DNA from: Lachnospiraceae bacterium
GTDB taxonomy: Bacteria > Bacillota > Clostridia > Lachnospirales > Anaerotignaceae
Direction: 5' to 3'
DNA: 64,000 nt
NCBI GenBank assembly: GCA_019422065.1
Contig: JAHZEA010000005.1
Location: 82,941 to 146,940, forward strand
Every line of letters begins with the position of its first letter. The stretch's first letter is position 1. The translations under genes were made by a program, and so were the position numbers. The notes beneath the pieces were generated by a model, which ran no database searches, was not told the DNA's origin, and was given only the letters and a program-made list of their open reading frames with translations. Shown here piece after piece: positions 56,831-64,000 of this stretch.

Positions 56831-59553
56831 AAAATCTGCCTCTTTCCAAATCTAATTTTACTAAATATACCTAAATAATAAAGTATAATTATAATTAAAA
56901 ACATAATAGAAATAATTCCTAAAATCAACATTATGTTAAAGGAATATCTAAATTCAATTATATGTTCTCCTTTTGGAATTTCAATTCCTTGTATTGCACC
57001 ATTTACCATAAATATTTTTGTTTCTTCTCCATCTATATATGCTTTCCAGCCAGGAAAATAGTTTTGAGAGAAATTTATAAAACCATCATCAGAAAATTTA
57101 ACAGATGCAGTTATTTTATTATTTGTAAAATTAATATCATTAATTTCATATTCTAAATCACCATAGCTATTATTTTCAAGCTCTGTAGTATAGACATTTG
57201 AAATAAAATCATAATTTGATACATTTTTATAAATATCTTCATTAGAATTTACATGCACAATATTTTTTGGTACAAACAAAATGTCTGCTGCATTTGTATT
57301 TTCAAATATTCGTATATTATCATTAACTATAAAAGGTTTATAACAACTGTTTTCTGTACTGGTTTTGCTTTCCTCATAAACTTTAAAATTACTTATTTCT
57401 ATTTGCTCGCCTGAACTTGATATTGTTCTTACCATTGTTGTAATATTATCTGGTATAGTATTAGTATTTAAAATAGTGCTGTAATTAGTTGGCTTATCTG
57501 TTATAGTAAATTCGCACTCTTGTTCAGTACTATCATAGTTTTCACCATAAAAGTCTACTGCCATAACAGCGCTGTTTTCACACTTAGCAGTAAATTCTAT
57601 TTTATAATTCGTATTATTTTTTAAATTAATATTATCAAAATAGCAAAATACATTATCCTTGCTTGCAGGAGGCATTACAATAGATTCATTATAATAAACA
57701 GTATTTTCTTCTGTAAATATTGGTATATTTCCGTCATCGTCTATAAAGTTAAAAGGATCTTCAATATATTTAACTCCAAGCATGGATAACATACTATTAT
57801 TTTCATACAAATTTTTCCCTGCATTTAACGACCCAGTAAGCAAACCAGAATAATTAAACTGAGCATCCATGCCTTCAGAAAACAATTTATATATTCCCAC
57901 ATTATTAAATGCTGTATATGCATTTATTGTTGATATGCCCTGACTAATATTAGAATTTTGGGTATACAGTCCTTTATAAGCACCATCTATTTTTGGCAAT
58001 GCCAACCAATATTTATAATTTCCAATATTATTTTTAATTGTTTCATTAACTTCACTAGATGTTTGAATACTATCTAAATCAGAAGGATTTGTCATTTTAT
58101 AGTAAGGCCAAACCTCGCAAACTGTAATAACAGTTATTAAAACCATAAATATAACATTTCTGTAATGTACTTTTTTCACTACAAAATACAGCATAAAAGC
58201 AAAAATAGATATTGCTATTAATGATGGAATAATTGATGATTTAAAATATGAAAAACTATTCATTAAATAATCATCTGTTATAATCCCAGTTACATTTAAA
58301 ATTATTATATTTAAAGAAATAACTCCAAAAACAATAATTAAAAACAGTAAAAATTTTATAATAAAATTTATAAAGTCATTTAATCCATCATCTACCATCA
58401 ACTTGTCTATCGAAACGGCAACACAAACATATGCAAAAAAGATAAATATAAACAAATCCCTTGCAGGACATCTAAAACCTCCTATTATAGGGATTTTAAA
58501 TAATATCTCTGATAACATTGGAATATGTGCATTAGCAGCATATAAAAATGATAAAATCATCAAAATAAATGAAATAAGCACTAACTTATGTTTACGATAC
58601 TTCATTATGCTGTAAAAAAGTATACAGAAAAGCACACATCCTAAAAATAGTTCAATATCCATTTCTGATGACTGCATATTTCCATAGGCTTGTAATATGT
58701 CACCAAAAAATCTTGGAAATATCATTTGGATTAATTTTATAAAACTTATAGAATAAGATTTAAAATATTCAAAAGAAATTCCAGTAGCACCCATTGACTG
58801 ATTATAAAGCATCAAAAAAACATTTGGCAAAAACTGAGCCATAATCAGTACAAAATAGATAAATACCAATAACAGTGCATCCTTTATATATTTTAATATT
58901 TTATCTTTGTTATCAGACAAAACAATGTTTAATATAGTATAAAAACCCACCGCCAAATCAGTGTATAAAGCATCCTGAACACCAGTCATATACTGCAATG
59001 CCATAACTATTGCAACAGGTATAATATCTTTTGTATTTTTAGATCTTATATATTTTTCTATAAAATATAAAATAACTGGCAGATATATTATGCAACATAT
59101 AATAGTTATATGCCCTTTTCTAAGTCCTCCAATATGGATAGAAAACTCATAAATCAACGCCATAAAATATGGTAATAGTTTATTTTCACATATAAGATTA
59201 AAATATTTATATGTGTAATATGTTCCTATTGCAATATGCAAAGCAAAATAAATATAAATAAAGTTCTTTAATGAAAAGAATAATCCAAGATAGTTAAAAG
59301 GATAAAAAACTCCATTTGCATCAGCAGCATATGGCATTCCATTCATTATATATTTATTCCAGAAAGGAAACTCTCCACTTTTTAAGCAGTTAATTGTAAA
59401 AATTTTTGATGTAAAAAACTGTATTCCATCTGCATCAAAAAATACTTCGTTAGAAACATAGTAATTGCTTAAAAATATTATAGGTATAAGGAAAAAAATA
59501 ATAAATAAAGCTATATTTTTTACTAAAATCTGTTTTTTTAAAGTTTCACCCAT
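56827..59553 (-). CDS. YfhO-family membrane glycosyltransferase
   Basis: 908 aa with an N-terminal ...DADGIQFF...GEFPFWNKYIMNGMPY... motif region, many TM helices, a large extracytoplasmic C-domain and a terminal TM helix. Confidence 0.75.
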   Translation of the reverse strand: MGETLKKQILVKNIALFIIFFLIPIIFLSNYYVSNEVFFDADGIQFFTSKIFTINCLKSGEFPFWNKYIMNGMPYAADANGVFYPFNYLGLFFSLKNFIYIYFALHIAIGTYYTYKYFNLICENKLLPYFMALIYEFSIHIGGLRKGHITIICCIIYLPVILYFIEKYIRSKNTKDIIPVAIVMALQYMTGVQDALYTDLAVGFYTILNIVLSDNKDKILKYIKDALLLVFIYFVLIMAQFLPNVFLMLYNQSMGATGISFEYFKSYSISFIKLIQMIFPRFFGDILQAYGNMQSSEMDIELFLGCVLFCILFYSIMKYRKHKLVLISFILMILSFLYAANAHIPMLSEILFKIPIIGGFRCPARDLFIFIFFAYVCVAVSIDKLMVDDGLNDFINFIIKFLLFLIIVFGVISLNIIILNVTGIITDDYLMNSFSYFKSSIIPSLIAISIFAFMLYFVVKKVHYRNVIFMVLITVITVCEVWPYYKMTNPSDLDSIQTSSEVNETIKNNIGNYKYWLALPKIDGAYKGLYTQNSNISQGISTINAYTAFNNVGIYKLFSEGMDAQFNYSGLLTGSLNAGKNLYENNSMLSMLGVKYIEDPFNFIDDDGNIPIFTEENTVYYNESIVMPPASKDNVFCYFDNINLKNNTNYKIEFTAKCENSAVMAVDFYGENYDSTEQECEFTITDKPTNYSTILNTNTIPDNITTMVRTISSSGEQIEISNFKVYEESKTSTENSCYKPFIVNDNIRIFENTNAADILFVPKNIVHVNSNEDIYKNVSNYDFISNVYTTELENNSYGDLEYEINDINFTNNKITASVKFSDDGFINFSQNYFPGWKAYIDGEETKIFMVNGAIQGIEIPKGEHIIEFRYSFNIMLILGIISIMFLIIIILYYLGIFSKIRFGKRQIL

Positions 59554-60719
59554 TATAAGTTATCCCCTTTTAAAAAAGTATATATTTTTTCAGCAATGGG
59601 CATTGCGCTACAGCTTTCGTTTACATACTTGTATGCATTTTCTATAATTTCTGTTAAATCTTTTTGTTTAGCATTTTCAATAACTTCTAACAATGCTTCT
59701 ACACTAACATCTTTACTTACTTTAATAACAGAATTATCTGGTAACTCTCCAAACCAACCTATATCTGTAACAACACACGGTTTTTTTAAATCCATACAAT
59801 GAATTAAGGTTCCAGATGCTTCTCCATTATAAGGATATCTTAAATTCATAATTAGATTACAAGATTTTATACTTTTTAAAAAATCTTCATCTCCTAAAAA
59901 ACCTGTTTTAAAAATATATTCATTTAGGTAATTATTAACATAATCACCATCTCCAGCCATAACATAATAAATCTTATTATTATGTAATTCATTATATTTA
60001 TTTACAGCTTCACAAACTATTTTATTTTGTTTTGAAGGACCGATGAAACCAATAGAGCCAATAATAAATGCACCTTTAGGTATATTAAATTTCTTATTCA
60101 AAAAATCATTACCAACAGGCACCGTATAATTAAGTTTAATATGCGGTATTGTCAATACATTTATGCCCGAAAAATTATTATTTATTTTATCCTTACTATA
60201 ATTAGAATGAACAATTATCCCTTTTGAATTTTTAATAACTTCATTATTTAAAGGAAGATTCGCAGATATATCTTTGTGCAAAAGAAGATTATTTTCATTT
60301 AATTTTTTTAAGCTTTCTTTAACTATTGATATTCCGTCTATACCTTCCATTTCATAAATTTTTTGGAATAATTTATTCTTATCTGCATAATATCCAACAG
60401 TAAGATAATATAATACAAAGTCATGCAAAATTACATATCCAGAATATTTTAATATCATATCATACATATAACTATGGTATTCATGATTATTGCCAAAATT
60501 ATATAAAATATATTTATAATTGCTATAATCTATAGTGTTGTCATAATTCAAAATTTTGAACTCTTTTTGCAGTTTTTTATTTTCAACTTTATAATTATCT
60601 ACCAAAAGTGTAATATCAAAATACTCTTTTAACCCAAAAACTAATGATTCACTATATTCGCTAATTCCGCTTTTCATGGGCCAAAACGGACTAACATATA
60701 ATAAATTAGGCTTATCCAA
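59553..60719 (-). CDS. GT4/GT1-family glycosyltransferase
   Basis: GT-B C-terminal pattern ...NGEASGTLIHCMDLKKPCVVTDIGWFGE. Confidence 0.7.
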   Translation of the reverse strand: MDKPNLLYVSPFWPMKSGISEYSESLVFGLKEYFDITLLVDNYKVENKKLQKEFKILNYDNTIDYSNYKYILYNFGNNHEYHSYMYDMILKYSGYVILHDFVLYYLTVGYYADKNKLFQKIYEMEGIDGISIVKESLKKLNENNLLLHKDISANLPLNNEVIKNSKGIIVHSNYSKDKINNNFSGINVLTIPHIKLNYTVPVGNDFLNKKFNIPKGAFIIGSIGFIGPSKQNKIVCEAVNKYNELHNNKIYYVMAGDGDYVNNYLNEYIFKTGFLGDEDFLKSIKSCNLIMNLRYPYNGEASGTLIHCMDLKKPCVVTDIGWFGELPDNSVIKVSKDVSVEALLEVIENAKQKDLTEIIENAYKYVNESCSAMPIAEKIYTFLKGDNL

Positions 60720-60730
60720 AGTCTTTCCTC

Positions 60731-61783
60731 CTATTTTAAAAGCTTATCGATTACATAATCCCAGTTGATATTTTTATCAAGCATTGATTTGTAACCATTT
60801 TCCCCCATTTTTTTTGCTTTTTCTCGATTAGAATATAAGTAATCAATCTTTTCAGCAATTAACTTTGGATTATCTTCTAAAACATAACCATTAACATCAT
60901 TTTCTACAAACTCTAATGGACCGCCTGCATCTTTATGAACAATAACCGGTTTTTTAGAAAAGAATCCTTCAAGCGTTATATAGCCATAATCTTCATCATA
61001 AGCACCAAAATAAACAGCCAAACATTTTGCGTAGTAATCTATTTTTTCTTCTTCTGATATAAAACCAACAAGCTTAACTTTATCTTCTAATTTGTTTTTC
61101 TTTATATAATCCTTAATGTAATTTAATTCAGATTCCGATCCATTACCTGCAATAATAAACTTTACATCTGTTTTGCTATAATTTGCAGCCTCAACTAATA
61201 ATCTTTGACGCTTAATTTTATCTATTCTGCTGGCATAAAACACATAGTCACCATAATCACCGCAATATAATTTATCATAATTTAAAGGTGGATGATACAA
61301 AGCTTCAGCTTTTATTCCATTATATTTCATTAATCTATTAGCCGTGTTCTGAGCATTTGTATAAACTAATTTAGCTTCTTTAATATATTTAGTATCACTC
61401 TTTATAATTAAATCTCTAACTTCTTCTCCATTTTCAAAATTCTGCAAATCACCATATTCTGTGTCCCATAAGTCATAAGCTTGTCTGTGCTGATGAAGCA
61501 GCCACAAAACCTTATTATTATGTTTAACATAAAATGCAGGAAATTTTAATGCAATTACTACATCTATTTTTTCTCCATTAACTTCAGAAAGATCCATCAT
61601 TCTTCCCATAAGCATGCAATCAACAATAGATTCTGCTGGATACCATTTAAATGGAATAGTTACAATATCCGCTTTATGTCCTCTTTTTTTTAATTCATCA
61701 CAAAGCATTTGTGCATGTATTTCAGCTCCACCAGTAATAAAAGGTACTTGAACCGTAGCTATAGCAATTTTCATATTATTCAC
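60731..61783 (-). CDS. GT4-family glycosyltransferase
   Basis: ...GYITLEGFFSKKPVIVHKDAGGPLEFVENDVNGYV, an E-x7-E-like region. Confidence 0.75.
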   Translation of the reverse strand: MNNMKIAIATVQVPFITGGAEIHAQMLCDELKKRGHKADIVTIPFKWYPAESIVDCMLMGRMMDLSEVNGEKIDVVIALKFPAFYVKHNNKVLWLLHQHRQAYDLWDTEYGDLQNFENGEEVRDLIIKSDTKYIKEAKLVYTNAQNTANRLMKYNGIKAEALYHPPLNYDKLYCGDYGDYVFYASRIDKIKRQRLLVEAANYSKTDVKFIIAGNGSESELNYIKDYIKKNKLEDKVKLVGFISEEEKIDYYAKCLAVYFGAYDEDYGYITLEGFFSKKPVIVHKDAGGPLEFVENDVNGYVLEDNPKLIAEKIDYLYSNREKAKKMGENGYKSMLDKNINWDYVIDKLLK

Positions 61784-61792
61784 CTATTTTCG

Positions 61793-62872
61793 TTATATAA
61801 AAGAATTAATAATAGTTAAAAATTTATTTTCAATTGTTTCAAAAGTAAACCTATTTAAAAAGTTCTTTTTGCCTTCTTCCTGCAAAAATTTATAATATTC
61901 ATTATTTTTATTTAATACATTTATCGCTGATGCATACATTTTTACTGTGTCATTTAAAATTACCTGTTTATTCCCTAATGTTTCAGCAATAGCACTTGAC
62001 CTTTTTGCTACAATTGGTAATTTAAAATATTCAGCTTCTAACAAAGGAACACAAAATCCCTCATGGTCACTTGCACAAACAAAAAAGTCACAACCAAGAT
62101 AATAGGATACCAATATCGAATCATTAACCTCTCCGATAAAACTAATATTGTTTTCAAGGCCATATTCTTTTATTTTTTCTAATATTAAATTATTATAAAT
62201 TTGTAACCCATCATCAAATTTGCCTATAATATTTAAATGTATATTTTTTCCGTAATAGTAACAATAATTATACAAAATATCAATTAAAAATAAATGACCT
62301 TTATTTGGAGCTATTCTTCCAACAAAAAGGAGATTAATATCTTTACTGTATAAGAGATTACTTATAATCTCTTCATCAGGAACAGCTGATGCCCAACTTT
62401 CAATTTTATTAAAAGGTGGACATACTGCCTTCAAAGAATCATCAACATTTTTGATGTCTTCTCCATTATAATTTGAATCTAATAACCAAAAAGCAGTTTT
62501 AAATTCCTCAGTAAACCTAACTGTCTGTTGTCTACCTTTTTTACATTGATTAAAATGAAATTCATTATATGGTTCAAAAAATTCTTCTGGAGTGATATTG
62601 TGATATCTAAATATAATACTGCATTTACTTTCTTTTAAAATTTTTTCTCCATTTTCCCAAAAAACGCTGTGATGATATATAATAAGCGAAGTTTTGTTCT
62701 TAATAATTTCTTCTAATTCATTTTCAGTAATGTATGTAACTTTTTTATTAAATCTATTTTCAGCATACACACTGCACTCAAATGATTTATTCAAAATTTT
62801 ATACATAGCTTCTATATCATTGCCTATAGCATCATGATTAGTTACTGTTTGATGCATAATAACAATTTTCAT
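61793..62872 (-). CDS. GT4-family glycosyltransferase
   Basis: ...HEGFCVPLLEAEYFKLPIVAKRS... The ATG at 62872 overlaps the upstream stop (TAATG). Confidence 0.7.
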   Translation of the reverse strand: MKIVIMHQTVTNHDAIGNDIEAMYKILNKSFECSVYAENRFNKKVTYITENELEEIIKNKTSLIIYHHSVFWENGEKILKESKCSIIFRYHNITPEEFFEPYNEFHFNQCKKGRQQTVRFTEEFKTAFWLLDSNYNGEDIKNVDDSLKAVCPPFNKIESWASAVPDEEIISNLLYSKDINLLFVGRIAPNKGHLFLIDILYNYCYYYGKNIHLNIIGKFDDGLQIYNNLILEKIKEYGLENNISFIGEVNDSILVSYYLGCDFFVCASDHEGFCVPLLEAEYFKLPIVAKRSSAIAETLGNKQVILNDTVKMYASAINVLNKNNEYYKFLQEEGKKNFLNRFTFETIENKFLTIINSFI

Positions 62873-64000
62873 TACACTTTCACCGCCCATACAGAATATT
62901 CTTGCTCCATATTAAATCTAAAAGCTACATGGCGCATCGGGTCTTCACTTTCATAGTTAAAAGGAAAATAATCTAAAGACTTTAACTTAAATGAATCCCA
63001 TATATCGAATCCCCATTCTTTCATATAAAATTCTAAGACTTCAATTGGTATTGGGTTTTTGTGTGTTGGATCAACTCGAAACATATAAGTAGCAGTCAAT
63101 ATATTTTCTGGATTTGGTGTGGCAAGAATCAATAATCCGCCCTTTTTTAATACTCTTTTACACTCATCAAAAAAGTCATAAAGTATATTAATTTCCAAAT
63201 GTTCTATCATTTGAAAGCTGCTTATAACATCAATTGATTCATCCTCTGAATTTTTTAAATAGTCTATAGCATCATATTTAATTATAGGCAACGCTCTTTT
63301 TTCAATAGCTTCATCTACAATTAAGTCATTGCTGTCTACACCTATAGGTGAATACCCAGATTCTATTAACTGTTCTATCCATACTCCTGAACCACAACCA
63401 AGATCTACTATTTTTAATTGACTTTTGTTCTTTCCTTCAGACCATTTGTTGAAGCGTTCTAAATAAGGTAAATTTTCTTTTTTTACTGAATCATGATCTT
63501 TTTTCATTAACGTGTTTTCATAATCATAATATATTTTATCTAATAAATTCTTTTCGTAAATTCTTTTTTGTTTTTCAATATTTTCATTATATAAAATTGA
63601 ATTATACCATTCTTTTATAACTCCAAGTTCACCATATAATCCTTTAAATTCAATATCTAAATCATAATTATGCTCTGACAATTCAAAAACCTTATTTTGT
63701 AACTTTGAATTTTCTTTAGCTAAATTTGTGCTAAAATTTTGCAATTCCCTGATACTATAGTAATCCAAATTATTAAGATGGGTCTGTATATTTCTAATCC
63801 TTTTTGGCAGACAAATAACATTAACGAATACTCTTATAATGTAACCAAGAATTGGAATAGATAAAATTGCTCTTTTAATATTAAGTTTTAAATTTTTATA
63901 AAATAAACCTGTTACTCGAATATTTTTATTTAATGCTTCCTGAGACTTTGAAATTCCATTAATTAAGTCAAGTTTGTCTGAAGAAGGATTAATTAAAAGC
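62872..64000 (-). CDS. class I SAM-dependent methyltransferase with a long N-terminal helical/coiled-coil extension; 5' end outside window
   Basis: SAM motif I VDLGCGSGVW. The reading frame stays open, with no stop in 77 codons, from 63769 to the window edge, so the listed TTG start at 63768 is probably internal. Confidence 0.75.
   Translation of the reverse strand, partial: LLINPSSDKLDLINGISKSQEALNKNIRVTGLFYKNLKLNIKRAILSIPILGYIIRVFVNVICLPKRIRNIQTHLNNLDYYSIRELQNFSTNLAKENSKLQNKVFELSEHNYDLDIEFKGLYGELGVIKEWYNSILYNENIEKQKRIYEKNLLDKIYYDYENTLMKKDHDSVKKENLPYLERFNKWSEGKNKSQLKIVDLGCGSGVWIEQLIESGYSPIGVDSNDLIVDEAIEKRALPIIKYDAIDYLKNSEDESIDVISSFQMIEHLEINILYDFFDECKRVLKKGGLLILATPNPENILTATYMFRVDPTHKNPIPIEVLEFYMKEWGFDIWDSFKLKSLDYFPFNYESEDPMRHVAFRFNMEQEYSVWAVKV

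Overview
Chromosomal window from a low-GC, spore-forming Firmicute that looks Clostridia-like (SCIFF/ScfB pair, spoVT, subtype I-B cas operon). About 85-90% is coding. Layout: (1) 1-22.4 kb is a housekeeping block: deoB', ychF, lepB, rplS, apt, recJ, secDF, the SCIFF peptide with its radical-SAM maturase, potABCD with a regulator, murI, ddl and spoVT. (2) 22.3-37.7 kb is a 15.1-kb segment bracketed by perfect 247-bp direct repeats that contain the spoVT 5' end. It carries a DUF4143-type ATPase, a 25-repeat/24-spacer CRISPR array, a complete cas6-cas8b-cas7-cas5-cas3-cas4-cas1-cas2 operon, an orphan PfkB sugar kinase and a truncated second ATPase. The right junction abuts a decayed large serine recombinase. 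(3) 38.3-44.9 kb appears more GC-rich. It encodes a secreted protein with Cu-amine-oxidase-N-like domains, a sigma-70/ECF-type factor fused through a TM helix to a leucine-rich-repeat ectodomain, a FUSC-family membrane protein and a membrane-anchored XRE regulator. (4) 45.1-64 kb is an AT-rich cell-envelope glycan cluster on the minus strand. It holds two separate 'GT2 + small flippase + GT-C/YfhO' extracytoplasmic glycosylation modules, an rmlA/rmlB/wecE/acetyltransferase/ATP-grasp sugar pathway, three GT4 enzymes and a methyltransferase whose ORF runs off the window. No rRNA or tRNA genes were recognised. The most interesting signals are the repeat-bracketed CRISPR-Cas island with a duplicated spoVT 5' end and recombinase wreck, the Arn-like lipid-linked amino-sugar module in a Gram-positive, the membrane-tethered sigma-LRR fusion, and a PotA ATPase carrying an Ig-like repeat insertion.
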